A stretch of 51,211 bases of DNA from Octopus bimaculoides (taxonomy: Eukaryota): NCBI RefSeq assembly GCF_001194135.2, contig NC_069006.1, positions 13,446,401 to 13,497,611 of the forward strand. Reading direction: 5' to 3'. Every line of letters starts with the position of its first letter. The stretch's first letter is position 1. Both the position numbers and the translations under genes were made by a program. The notes below the pieces were generated by a model. That model saw nothing but the letters and a program-made list of their open reading frames with translations, did not search any database and was not told where the DNA came from. Shown here in pieces: positions 1 through 12,785 of this stretch.

Positions 1-1264
1 TATTCGCTATGAGCATAAGAAGTGCTCTGATGAACTTTCTCTCTTAGTTCCAGATCACTTTGTGCTATCTCACCTCACAGCATCTTCATCCAAAAGTTTT
101 TGTGCTTCCATAAATAAGGAACTATTTCTACAATTGTTGCTTTTCCCCCCTTGAACTGCCAGACTTTGGAACTATCTTCTATCTCATTGTTTACCTCTTA
201 CTTAAGGCTTGAACTCTTTCAAGTCTAAAGTAAATTCATTCCTCTCGTCTTAATTTCTCCTTCTTCATAGTCCCTCACATTTCTTGCCTGGTTTTGGATG
301 TTCAAAAAAAAACCCCAAAAATCAGTTGATTGAATGATGGAATAACTATTGTTGAAACCATTGGAGAACCAGCTAGCTTCTTTTAAGTCTGCGGAGTGTG
401 ATTTGAGGGATATTTGGTTGCTACTTCTGACAGATGATATTTATCTCAGCCCAGTCCCACAGACGTTACCTTGTCTCCCTCTTCTTCAGAAATAAAGTGA
501 TTGATCATTCAGAAACCTGTAACCAATTTCAACCGAAGGCCACAAATTCTGATATGAAATTAAAAACAATACATTGGCTAAAAGCAGTCATAGTTGGCCT
601 AGGGTTAAATAACAACAATAATGCCAAGCTTGTGACATGATAGAGATAATCGTTCTAACTTTTGACCAGTGAATCAACACATTTACTGATTTGGCTAAAC
701 CAGATTCTATCGTTCTATGAATATATTCCACCCGGTCTTACACCCATTTCTTCATTTGTTTATTCTTTTATTCTTTCATTCCACTTATTTCTTGATCTGA
801 TGCTATCATAAGTAAGACAAGCATTTTAAATTAATGTCTTGTTCCAACATTTGAGAAAAACAAAATGGTTTCCACTAACACCAGCAGAGAATATGGGTTT
901 GGTTAGAGCCAGTAGGTCTGTTATGTTTTAGTGGCATAGTGACAAGAGGAAGGGGAAGCACCCATGACTAATTTCAGGACTTCTGTGACTACTGGAAGGC
1001 AGGCAGGCAGACAGACAGGCTTGCCATCAATTTGCAATACTTAGAATAGGTTGACCCATGCTAAGGACACCCAGGGATCAAGTGACATCTGATGGTGTTA
1101 AAATGAATTACATCCACTACTCAACAACAGGAATGGTCCTTCCTTTCAACAGGCTTCCTCACAGTTTTCATTAATCAAATTTCATTTGGTTGATTCTTGG
1201 CTGTTATAGTAGAAAAGTTTTGGTCTTACATATATATTTCTCCTTAATTATGTCTCTACTTATA

Positions 1265-2032
1265 CAGTGTGTGATGGGTAAGTTGTTGCCATTTTACATT
1301 TTTAATTTCATGCATGTGCATTGTTTGTTTTTGATTTTGTTGGCTACACAGTATAGTAAGGTCAGTTGGGCACCATCTGTGAGAAAAATAGCACCATGAC
1401 GCAATTCACTCAGCCAGAAATTTGGAAATGACATGCTGTGCTGCTTGACATTCATGCTGGAAGCTCCAATACAAACATTTCAGAGTGTTTGGGTGAACCT
1501 GAGGACAGCGCAATCTGAGGACATGTACCGAAAGTGATAAAAATCAAACATCCAGTCAACATCATGGTCTTTGGAGTGATCACTAGTGATAGTGATGTTA
1601 TACCTCCATTCATCTTCCCACATGATCTCAGACTCAACACGGAGGCCTACATCAAGTGCCTGGAGGAAGTAGTGCTGCCCTGGGTCAAGAGGGTGGCTGC
1701 TGGGTACTCCTACTTGTGTGGCACCATGCCACACAAGTAGGAGTACCCAGTCATGACTGTCAGACAATTTCTGTGACCACATCACCCCTAACATCTGGCC
1801 ACCTAATCCCCTTGATTATTGTGTGTGGGGTACAGTTGAGTGAGGGACCAACAAAACTGAAAACATCAAAGATGAAGTGAAGGCAAGGATTATGGCAGCA
1901 TTCTTAAACAATGGGACCGTCTAGAAGAATTGGAGGAGAATCTGAAGTCGTCCGGAGGTCGTGGTTGAAGCCAATGGCAATTTTATTGAATAAATTTACT
2001 CTTTAATATTTCAAAATATTTTTATGTAATTT
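1265..2032 (+). mobile_element. Internally deleted Tc1/mariner relic, maT (DD37D)-like
   Basis: Starts TA|CAGTGTGTG. Frames give KHPVNIMVFGVITSD.DV.PPFIFPH.LRLNTEAYIKCLEEVVLPWVKRVAAG, then SDNFCDHITPNIWPP..PLDY and VVEANG.FIE. Frameshifted, and the 3' end is lost at the junction with the next repeat. Confidence 0.85.
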
Positions 2033-2621
2033 AGGATCTTTTTATAGAAAAATTCCAAACACTTCTTAACATACAAACCCCCTCGGTGACCATATTCCCT
2101 TCTCTCGCCTACCCAATGAAATACATATAAATTTACTTCTTGTTTCTCTAAGAACATAAACTTCCTGTTGACAAAGAGTCCAGAACTCCAACTAAAGAGT
2201 ATAAAACCCACAGAATTGTCTTCCCTTACACACACTTCCTGTTTTGACACCACACTTCCTGCTTAACACAAACTTTCAGCCCACTTTTTTTAAACACAAC
2301 TCTTAATTCCTTGCATCCTAATCTTTCTAACAATTATCTCCATGGATTACCATTGAACTTTAAAAGCTCAAAGACAATATAATGTATTGGTATATTTATT
2401 TTTTTATATATTATTTCTTATTTTTTTGTAAAAAACATTTTCATTCTCCCTCTTCTTGAAAATTTGCCATGCAATGAAAGCCGGTTAGAAATCCTTTTTA
2501 ATCCTCCTTATGCACATCTATATTAAAATATGCTTTCAGTTTAGCATTCTGCCTTATCAATTTTTATTTTCCTATTATTTCTCCACATGCGGTTAACACA
2601 ACCCCACCATTTACTGACTTA
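2033..2621 (+). mobile_element. 3' part of a TA-anchored non-autonomous element, probably PLE-derived; second copy at 33977-34535
   Basis: 2035-2445 is a close match to 34119-34535. It ends ...ccatttactgactt(TA)n, which is the reverse complement of the start of the 33977 copy. Confidence 0.8.
2453..2490 (+). ncRNA. Minimal type I hammerhead ribozyme-like motif, U3-A8 core variant
   Basis: ttc-TTGAAAA-t-ttgc-cat-gcaa-t-GAAA-gccggt-TA-gaa. Stem I is 3 bp, stem II is 4 bp, stem III is near-palindromic AGCCGGTT, and the triplet is UUA. Confidence 0.55.
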
Positions 2622-2999
2622 TATATATATATATAAGGTCTGGGTGAAGAAGCCTGATCCTTACTTATATAAACTGTGATATACATATAAAAGCCTGGTG
2701 CATTGCTTTAGCCTGGTGGTGGGGCAATGTCTGCTGTGAACACAACCCTGCTGAGAATGTTAAAGGCATAATTAATACCCTGCTGATATTTTGTCCCCTG
2801 TTGCACCAATCATGCTAACCCAATTATATATTAACCACCATTTATCAATATATTGATCACCTTCCATTAAAATATAGATAACCATCAATTCATATATTTT
2901 TCAGTGAACTACCAACCATAAACCTTGTCTCATTTCTGCAATAAATATTTATGTGATTTCTCCTAACTTTACATGGAATTCCAGTATATTCTATAGATT

Positions 3000-3251
3000 A
3001 TTATTATCATTTTTGTTGTTATTATCATTTTGTTATTGTTGTTATCAGTTTTGTTGTTGTTGTTATTATTATTATTATCATTATTAGCATCATCATCATC
3101 ATCATTATTGTTATTAATGTCTCATTGAGATAAACCTGTTGCTAGGAAGTTGGAGTTTCATCTTTAAACTCGATATTTTCCTCTGACCGGAAGTTTGTCT
3201 TTCAATGCTTTTGTCCGTTCTTCTTAGATCCACATAAGTTCTTGATAAAAC

Positions 3252-3301
<50 letters not shown>

Positions 3302-3360
3302 GTGCAGTGAGCCAGTTATATTCCATATATGCAACTAGAGAGAGAGAGAGAGAGAAAGAA
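3000..3360. repeat. (TTG/TTA/ATC)n and (GA)n microsatellites
   Basis: Visible directly in the sequence. Confidence 0.95.
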
Positions 3361-3585
3361 AGAGATGATGTTACGAACACATAAAATTAAAAACAAACAC
3401 ACACATACATACACATAGGTTTCAGGTTTAAGACACTGAGATTATAGTACATAATATTTTTGCTTTCTTATATACACAAACACACACACAACAAAACACA
3501 CACATATACACACCCTTATTTACGTGTGTATCTGTGTATGTGTTGTATGCCTGTCATGTATTGTGTGCGTGTGTATTTGTTGTGC

Positions 3586-3616
<31 letters not shown>

Positions 3617-3821
3617 CTATAAGCTTTCCACATCAGTCGTTATTTTCGTTTATGATTGTCTTTTATTACAACTTAGATTAGTTGCTGTTGAAAGAAAAAC
3701 TCCCTAAATCTCATAATAAGTATGTCCACGGGAATATAAAAAAACAGAAGGACAGATGGACTTTCCATTAGAGTCACTCAAATAACATGTGTGTGTGTGT
3801 GCGTTTGTGTATGTATATATC

Positions 3822-4320
3822 ATCATCATCAACATCATCATCATTTAACATCTGTTGTCCATGCTGGCATGGGTTGGATGGTTTGAACAGTACTGGCAAG
3901 TTGGAAGACTGCAATAGACTCCAGTCTGATTTAGCATGGTTTTCTATGGTTGGATGCCCTTCCTAATGTCAACCACTCAAAGAGTGTAATGGGTGTTTTT
4001 ATGTGCCACTGGTACAAGTGCCATTTGCATGACACTGGAGTGCTTTTCCATACCAATTTGCGTGATACCAGTATCTGCTATGTATGTGATTTTGCTTGGC
4101 TTGATGGGTCTTCTTCTCAAGCACAACATAATGCTAAAGGTCTCGGTCATTGCATCTGTGAGGCTCAAAATTTGAAGATCATGCTTCACCACCTCGTCCC
4201 ATGTCTTCCTGGGTCTACCACTATCACAGGTCCCCTCCACAGTTAGAGAATGGCACTTCTTTACACAGCTGTCCTCAACCATATGTACCACATGGTCATA
4301 CCAGCACACCACATCTGATG

Positions 4321-4322
<2 letters not shown>
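3822..4322 (-). mobile_element. RTE-clade LINE 3' fragment (end of ORF, 3' UTR, (GAT)n tail)
   Basis: The minus frame reads WYDHVVHMVEDSCVKKCHSLTVEGTCDSGRPRKTWDEVVKHDL, the typical RTE C-terminus (RLRWYGHV...GRPRKTW). The 3' UTR ends in acccatgccagcatgga...ttaaatgatgatg. Confidence 0.88.
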
Positions 4323-4353
<31 letters not shown>

Positions 4354-4469
4354 NNNNNNNNNNNNNNNNNNNNNNNNNNNNNNNNNNNNNNNNNNNNNNN
4401 NNNNNNNNNNNNNNNNNNNNNNNNNNNNNNNNNNNNNNNNNNNNNNNNNNNNNNNNNNNNNNNAACCAC

Positions 4470-4501
<32 letters not shown>

Positions 4502-5889
4502 TATATATGCACATGTCTATACAGAAAGAGAGAGAGAAAGAGTCAGAAAGAACCCAATATACATCCACTTTTTTAATATTTTTAATTGGCAGAACTGCAA
4601 AAGTCATTCAAGAGGTATTTCGTGAATGGCACTTATCAACTGTGCATGTATATATGAGTGTATTTATGATATATATATATATAGTCAAATAAAATTTAGG
4701 TAAAGACCTCGTAAAATGCTATGCAAAGCTTGTCCACAGTTATTGGCTACCTGATGTCATCATACAGTAGAAATGCTCCTGATACTGGATATGCATCAGG
4801 AATTCCATTCTATCCATAGTTTATAAAAAGAGATGAATAATAGAAAAAGGATTTGACAATATTCCTTATTTGAAATCACGACCATTGTGTGATTAGTATC
4901 ATCCATTAAAGATATAGAATATGTTTGTTCAGGTGATTCTTTTGTAGAAGTCCTTCCTTAGATCAGACTGTCATTTCACTCTCTACAAGAATGAATACCC
5001 AAAGCAGCGTGCTATTTTTAGCAATTTCTAGACAAAATTAAACCCACAGATATAACAAAAGGCAAGACAAAAGTATATTCAAAATATGAAATACAGAAAG
5101 AAACACAAAAAAAAAAGATTTTCATAGTCAGATTATGAAGAAGAGAGAGGAAAAGAAAATAAAGAATGAAATAAAACATTTAGAGATAACAATGTGATAA
5201 AAACAGGACCGTTTCTTGTGCTTGTCAACTAATTACTTGAAAGGGATCAACCCTTTGCCTGTCATCCCGGAACTGTTTGTTTGGGAAGCAAACTTCTTAT
5301 CTCTTGGAAGAAAATTTTTCAATGTTTCTGAATGAGTCTTCTTCGGCAATTGAGAGAAGTTTATCTTTTGCCATCGTGTCTTTGAGAGGATGACCAAAGT
5401 GAAGAATGGCAGGAAATTGCCATTAATTCACTGTTGCACATAATTGGGAGAGAGAGAAGTAGTGAGAGGGAGAGGATGAGGATTAGGGATGAAATGAGGA
5501 GAGGGGAGAGGGAAGAGGAGAGTTAAGGAGAAGTGGAGAGGGAAGAGGAGAGTTAAAAACAGGAGGGGTGGAGTGTTGTTGGTCAGTTTAAAGTGGGGAG
5601 GGATTTTTTTGGTTAGCCAAGTCAGTGACCAAAGTGAGCAGCTGGTCACTATCTACAGACACATCTAAACTGTCAGAATCAGGTAATTGACCGGAAAATG
5701 TTAATTTAAATGTGTGTGTGTGTGTGTAGACATACACACATATAGAAATATATTAATAGTGATATTAATAACCTCGTGTTAGAACTCAATATAAATATTC
5801 TTCAGAGCAAAACATTAGTTGAGAACAGAGTGTAATAATGAAATTAAATAAATGACAAGAGAATAGTAAGTTATGCAATTAACTCCATT

Positions 5890-5970
5890 AGCTTACAGCT
5901 GTTTCTGCTGTATGATGCAAAGCTCTCAGAGCTGAGTGCTTGTGCATTATCTCATAGCTTCCTCAGAGCT
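5890..5970 (-). ncRNA. Type I hammerhead ribozyme motif with long stem II
   Basis: Minus strand: agct-CTGAGGA-a-gct...agc-a-GAAA-CAGCTG-TA-agct. Stem I is 4 bp, stem III is the palindrome ACAGCTGT, the triplet is GUA, and there is an A.A mismatch at the base of stem II. Confidence 0.7.
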
Positions 5971-6661
5971 TAAAAAATGAGGTGCAAGTTTATTTGGGAA
6001 AGCATTTATGTATATAGCAAGATCAGTGCTGAAAAATATAAAGATACATAAGAAATTAAGATTAGGGTTTGGAGGAAAAAAACCACCTCCAGAAATACGA
6101 GATTTGCATAATTTTGTGTATATATATGTATATACAAAGGCACATGATGAATCCCTGCATAAATAACTATGTGTATGCATAATAGACCAACAGAATAGTA
6201 TGTTAATATCAGCGGGGTATATTCTGGGAGTGGTAGGTGTTTGCTTATTACCACACAGCCATGCCTGTATGTTTCTTGGAGATTTATTGAAGTTGTTCTT
6301 TATAAAGTGAAGCCATCCTCTAACAAAGTAACAAGGCATTTGCCCCAGGGATTAGGAAATATGAGGGAGAGAGTAGATGTAGTTATTGATGCGAATATGT
6401 GTAGCTGTACTTATAATCATGTAATGAGTGCGCATTTCTCATTACTGCATAAGTATATGTGCATGTATGCCTGTATGTGTGTGTGAGTGAGAGATTTAAT
6501 TTTATGCATATATGTATGTATGTACTTACGTATGTGTGTATGCCACAGACACGTGTAAGAATCTTTCATTGAAATTTAGCCAACTTGGTAGTCATGTTTA
6601 TATGTATACACACACACGTGTGTGAGTGTGTGTGTGAGTGTGCATGTACACACTCACAAAC

Positions 6662-6698
<37 letters not shown>

Positions 6699-6811
6699 TA
6701 TACATACACATACACGCCTGTATATGAAAATGTATATTTAAATATCAACAGGTATAGGAACTAGTGTCATCATGGAGGATAAATATTTAAATTTACGTGC
6801 AGTATTGTGTA

Positions 6812-6859
<48 letters not shown>

Positions 6860-6973
6860 GAAATATGCGGACATATTTTATAATATACACACATGTTTGT
6901 AATATATTTATATAGTATGTTTTATTAATAAATATATGTTTATTTTATATGCCGGTTTGTCTATTACATAAAG

Positions 6974-7006
<33 letters not shown>

Positions 7007-7514
7007 CGTATGTGTAATATATATATACACACTGCCAAACATACAGACAGAATACGTAAATGTATTAAATGTATATTAAATTTCATTTACCCTCCTCAAC
7101 CCCGCCAGCCAGCCAGACAGACAGCCAAACAGACAGGCTGACAGGTCTAACCATTTAAAAAGTGTTGAAAGACTAAATGGCTTCTTAGAGTAATTTCATC
7201 TTGTACCTGTCAGTTATTGATAAACATCAGAGACATGGCATAGCAGTTGGGCCCAGAACCTTCAGGCATACACACACACATAGTTCCATATACACAACAT
7301 AGCAGGTTTCTTAAGCCTGCCCCACTCCTCACATCTATGTAAGTATATACACATACATACATACATACGTTACACCCTTTATAGACATAACAAAGCAGTG
7401 TCTATAATCCTGAGCCTCACATACAGACACATATATGGTTCCATATATATTTATACATACATACATACATATATACATTATATCTCTCTATCTACATACC
7501 TATCTGTCTGTATA

Positions 7515-7943
7515 GTCATGGGTGTGTAGTTAAGAAGTTTACTTCTTAACTACATGGTTCCAGGTTCAGTCCCACTGAGTGGTACCTTGGGCAAGTATCT
7601 TCTACTATAGACCACAGTCAACCAATGTCTTGTGGATTATTTGATAAATGGAAACTGTGTGGAAGCCTGTGTCATATATCTATATATGTACGTGTCTATA
7701 TGTATTACTGTCTCCTTATCACAACGTTTTGTGATGGTCATAAATGAGTATCACCTCTTCTGTCCTTCATTTGAAGTCTTCCACGAAAAACATATCAGGC
7801 CAGGGTAAAATATCACCTTGCTTGCAAATAGGTGAGGGTTGGTGACAGAAAGGTTGTCTGGTTGCAGAAAATCTGCTTTAACAAATTGCATCTAACCAAT
7901 ACAAGCATGGAAAAGTGGACGTTAAAATAATGATGAAGATGAT
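7515..7943 (+). mobile_element. tRNA-headed SINE (family B head) with RTE-like 3' tail
   Basis: Head gtgtgtagttaagaag...ggttcagtcccactg...gggcaagt (pol III A/B-box-like). Tail gcatggaaaagtggacgttaaa..tgatga. Confidence 0.75.
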
Positions 7944-7954
7944 AGATTAAGCGT

Positions 7955-8290
7955 GTCCATGTATAGACACATCTCAAGCAGTCTCTCTCATTTTACATGT
8001 TGTCACTCCCAATCAGTCGGAGCCCCTTTTAATTGGAAGCCATGGACATCTGTGTGTGACATCTGTGAATTGAGCACTTTGAAGCCAAATGCAGGTGACT
8101 GCTTGAAGAGAGGAGATGTCATTATCAACTCCCAGCGGCTGTTGTTCAGAGTCACTTTCGGTGCCCCCAGTGCCACGGGACCTGCTTATTTCATATCAGT
8201 CTTGTCAGCTGTGTCCCTTCCCATGGGAAACATTCTGCTGAGGTTGAAAAACCAAAATGTTGGTTCGACTGTCATTACTATTGATGGACT
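7955..8290 (+). mobile_element. Degenerate RTE-like LINE C-terminus with zinc-knuckle remnant
   Basis: One frame with stops reads THLKQSLSFY...LEAMDICV*HL*IEHFEAKCR*LLEERRCHYQ...FRCPQCHGTCLFHISLVSCVPSHGK, resembling the C-terminal CxxC...(R)IGL.SH motif of RTE-type LINEs. Confidence 0.5.
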
Positions 8291-8706
8291 TTCATGAGCC
8301 ATAACCAAGCATGTACTGTGTACACACACCCTTTATAGCCACTGCACAACAACTGGAAAAAACCCTGACCTCTATACACACACACACACACTTCCATATA
8401 AACATATACTCTTTTACTCGTTTCAGGCATAGGGTTCTGGCCATGCTGGGGCACAATTTCCAAGGGTTTTCATTAATTGTGGCATCATCTGTATTTTGTG
8501 TGATATTCATTTTGATTTTTGTTTTTTAAATAAGCTTTGGAAGTAAATGAATGACAAATACATCAGATGGATGGGATGGAACAGAGGTGGATCAAATTAC
8601 CACAAAGTATTTTCATCCAGTTGATGTAGATGCATGCATGTGTGTGTAATGTAAAACATATACATAAATATATATGTGTATACATGTACATGTGTGCATA
8701 CAAATG

Positions 8707-8774
<68 letters not shown>

Positions 8775-9496
8775 GTTGCGGATTAATTGCAAGTCACAAA
8801 AAATGAACAAAGAAAAAGGGAAAAAACTCCTGTTTTGAAGTGGCAGGGAATGTGTGAGGTGGTCTTATGCCTTATCCTTTTTGAATGGCTAAAGTATGAT
8901 GGAGGGAGAAGCAGAGTGTTATAGAGGAGATACATAGCTCCCACACATTATATGGCAGTGAGTGTGTATATACATTTATGTGTGTGTGTTTATACATTTA
9001 TGCTTGTGTATATCAATGTAAAAGGCTCGTTAGTTTGTGTTATTTATACATCAACAGTTAACATAGAAATTCACTAAGTAGAGATCAATATAATATTTAC
9101 TAGTTTGAAATCTGTTTTGTGGTCAACTAGGATTAGAAACTGTGGACAATGAACAAAACCTCTTCCATTTGCTTTCTTTCTTCTCTCTATCCTTCCTGGC
9201 CATAATGGGCAGGTGTGAATGCATAGACCCAACTTGACAACAATGTTTTGAAGTGGCGTGCAGCCCACTGTCCTGAGGAGGGCCGATGGGAGAGTGATGT
9301 TTCACGTTCTTGCTTTCACTGTGCTGTCAGAGTTCACGAAGTGGGAAGCTCCAATGTTTTGCAGTCGACTGGAACTTCGCAGTCTGCTGTATATGAAACC
9401 TACGGACACTGACCACTTGGTCCACTTGAGGTCCAACATATCAATGGACATGAAAATATATATTTTATTAACAGATCTGTTAATGGTGATATGAAA

Positions 9497-9740
9497 CATG
9501 TATCCTGTGTATGTCAGCCCTGGGATTTACATAAACATGTAAGGGACAGGATGCACTCCATCTAGTTCTGTGGATATAACAAGGGCAGATAAGGGTTCAG
9601 AGAGGAACCATGGAAATGTATCCCCTGTATGTCAGCCTTGAGAGCTACAAGTACAGGACCCTATATCAAACATGGCATCTAGTCCCCCAAATATAATTGA
9701 AAGAACTACATGAAGGTTTAGAGGGGAATGAAGAATAGGT
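9497..9740 (+). repeat. Unclassified repeat C, two diverged tandem units of about 118 bp; unit 1 recurs at 30707-30801
   Basis: atgtcagccctgggatttaca.aaacatgtaagggacagg...gataagggttcagagagg is shared between the two loci. The second unit starts at 9629. Confidence 0.7.
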
Positions 9741-11499
9741 TTGAACCTGTTACCATCTATAATGCGTGCACTGTATACCAGAGTAAATTCTTTGTAAATT
9801 AGAATATTTCTAATGTCTGTTTTAGAAATTGGTTCCATGGATAAAACCAGCTTAGATTTGACATTTGATTAACCAAAAAGAAAAGAAATGAAAGTAAAAT
9901 CAAATGAGTTTCTGTGATGTGACAAAAGTTTAAATATTTCTGCATTTAAATAAAACGTTCTTTTTATGAACAAATGATTTTATCTCCAGCAGCAAATATT
10001 AGAGAAAGAATTTCATTAAAGCATTACATTAATTTGATGTAAAATAACAGAAACAAACAGAATTCCTTACTTGCTATTCTCCTTTTAGCTTTGTTTTTCT
10101 GTTTTGATGAAGCCATGTTGTTGTGTTCTTCAGTTTTGGAAATACGCAAGAAACAATTGAAAATTTGCTAAGGGAATATGTAGATAAGAACATTTAGTTC
10201 TGTGGAAGCATTGCCAAAATATTGAAGGTTGCTGAATTGCATGCAATTCCAACATGTAGAATTCTAAAAGAGAGATGTCTTTGTTTTTCAGTTTTGTTTT
10301 GCTTTGTAGAAGTCCCTTTTTGTTTTTCACGCATATTTAAAAACGGATTTAAAACATGGCGTGAGGCCATGGAATTAGAAACAAGATAGGTATTTAATGG
10401 TGACTGGTGATCATTGCATAAATGAAATGTTATGTCCGTCTGTCTGCTTTCTCTATGTTGATTTATCTATTCTTCCATCAATCTGTCTATTTGTCTATCC
10501 ATTCCTCCATGTCACAGTGCACCAATATCATTTATTAAACCTCCCTAGATTCCAATATCTCTAACATTGGTTGATTTTGATTCTACTTAAACCTCCCCTC
10601 CACATCACACCCAAACTCCATGTCTTATTCCATTCTGAGTTACATCTCTCACTCCTTGTCTACACTCCATCCCTTCTCTCCATGTTACTCTCTCTTTTAT
10701 CACAGATCTAATCCCTTCCCCCCCTATCTCTCTCTTTACTTCCTCCCTCCTTCATCCCCCACACTACTCCCACCACCTATCACTGCCTTGCCCTCCCTAC
10801 TTTATTGTGATTCCATCCTTCATTCACCATCTTGTGACCAAAAACCAAACCGATAACACCTCTCTAAATATTCTGCCTCTCAGAAGAATGGTAAATCATT
10901 GAAATGCTGGATCCTTTCACTCCAAACAACAAATCAACTCCTTGAATTCTAAGAACTAATCCCCCCCCCCCACTTCACCGCCGGCCTCCCTCAATAATTG
11001 CTTTGTTCAACACCTTACCAGTAATTATGCCTGGGAAGATTGATGTTTACCACTCAAACATTTAGTATGTAATTACTGTAACACATACTTCACATGTCAA
11101 CAGCTATTTCTAAGGCAGCAAGTACTTTATTTACATCCCACCCCAGTACGCACCTGGTATGCATGTGGAATGCTTAAGTTGGTTTAGCGATGATTTTTCT
11201 GTTCAGAGTTAGAGAAGCGAAATTAAATTGTGTTGATGGGATATCATTTTGGCTACGAACAAAGTCTCTCTCTCTNNNNNNNNNNNNNNNNNNNNNNNNN
11301 NNNNNNNNNNNNNNNNNNNNNNNNNNNNNNNNNNNNNNNNNNNNNNNNNNNNNNNNNNNNNNNNNNNNNNNNNNNNNACACACACACACACACACACATG
11401 CACAGACACACACACACACACTCAGACAGAATGTATATAGATAGATAATGATAGATAAATTGAATGATAGTCAGATAGTTAAGTATATAAATAGATACA

Positions 11500-11544
<45 letters not shown>

Positions 11545-11949
11545 GGATGTGCATGCATGTGTGAAACTGTGTGAATGTGCATTCATGCATGAAGTGTGTG
11601 AGGGTGTGTAGGGGGAGGTGTGTGTAGTTTATTTGTGGCAAACAAAACAAAAGAAACAATGGCAAAAGTACTCAATACACGGTGTAATTATATTCATCCA
11701 GCTGAATTGAAGTTTGTTTCTACTTCAGACTCTCGATTATAGTCGTATTCATGCAGCAACATGGAGGAATACATCTCCATGTTGCCACCTGAATGAACAG
11801 GTAAACAGGAAACTTAAACAGTCGCATGTAGCTTCAGTTGGAGACACACACCATCTCCATCTGGTTGTTCATGGAGATCTCATGACAACATTCACTCTTT
11901 CTTACCAGTAAGATCTTTGATGGACCCACAAACTATTGCTGGTTTGGTT

Positions 11950-12215
11950 GTAACAATGAGGGTTCCAGTTGTTCCAATCAACAGAACAGCCTGTTGGTGA
12001 AAGTAACCTGCAAGTGGCTGAGTGCTCCACAGACATGCATACCCTTAATGTTGTTCTCAAGGAGATTCAGCGTGACACAGAATGTAACAAGGCTGGACCC
12101 TTTGAAATACAGGCACAACTCATTTTTGCTCAAGGACCCAACGTGCTGTCTGGAATTGAATTTATGCCCTTGCAGTTGTGAGCTGAATACTCAAACCACT
12201 AAGCCACGTGCTTTC
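11950..12215 (-). mobile_element. SINE family E copy (same family as 49521-49950)
   Basis: Reverse complement of gggta..catgtctgtggagcactcagccacttgca...caggctgtt..gttgat..gaa..actggaaccctc, with a tRNA-like head at about 12150-12215. Confidence 0.8.
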
Positions 12216-12243
12216 ACATTTACAAACTCTTTGCCATTGAGAC

Positions 12244-12330
12244 ATGTTTAATGATAGTGGTGGTGGTGGTGGTGGTGGTGGTGGTAATGGTGGCAATGAT
12301 GGTGGTGTTGATGATTATGATGGTGGAGGT
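12244..12330. repeat. (GGT/GAT)n microsatellite
   Basis: Visible directly; it explains the poly-Gly and poly-His ORFs. Confidence 0.95.
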
Positions 12331-12620
12331 GCTGACCCTGTCTACTTCTTTGGCTCTGATCTGCTGTGTTCTTCATTTTTCTCTCTCTCTTCTCTGATTC
12401 CTGACAAAATCTATTCCTCATTCTCATTCTAAGACCCCATATTTGGTACACAGGTGACTGAGAACGATGACAGAGTGTTCCTTTACCTGAAGTCAGATGG
12501 GATGGATGCTGGCAGTCGTTAGCTTTTCATTAATGAAAGCCTCTACTTCTCTGAAGCTTTGTAGCAAACAGACATTTTTAATGGTCAGTTCTACTTTGAG
12601 AAGATGTGGTCTGTTTTGGC

Positions 12621-12785
12621 AGGAGTACATGGTTTGATGGTTAAGGTATTTGCTTTATGATCATAAGACCATGAGTTCAATTCCTAGGGTGAAAAAATAA
12701 AGACTGGATTCAATTCGTTTGAGTAAAATTCTTCAAGGTAGTGCCCCAGCTTGGCCATGGTCTAATGAATGAAACAAGCAAAATA
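12621..12785 (+). mobile_element. SINE family B, internally deleted (head joined to 3' end)
   Basis: tRNA-like head gagttcaattcc joined to gtgccccagc.tggcca..gtc.aatga.tgaaacaag. Confidence 0.65.

Noticed and set aside
27-60. CTGATGA followed by a small hairpin
   Set aside because: There is no GAAA/UH half of the core.
434-640. ORF with WLKAVIV resembling the TMEM26 N-terminal KA..VR motif
   Set aside because: There are no following TM segments, no KW|gt donor, and it ends in a stop.
5320-5352. CCGAAGA-agactcattca-GAAAC on the minus strand
   Set aside because: The core is mutated and stems I-III do not pair convincingly.
7953-8297. 114-aa ORF as a novel gene
   Set aside because: A different, disabled frame of the same DNA resembles an RTE C-terminus, which explains the composition better.
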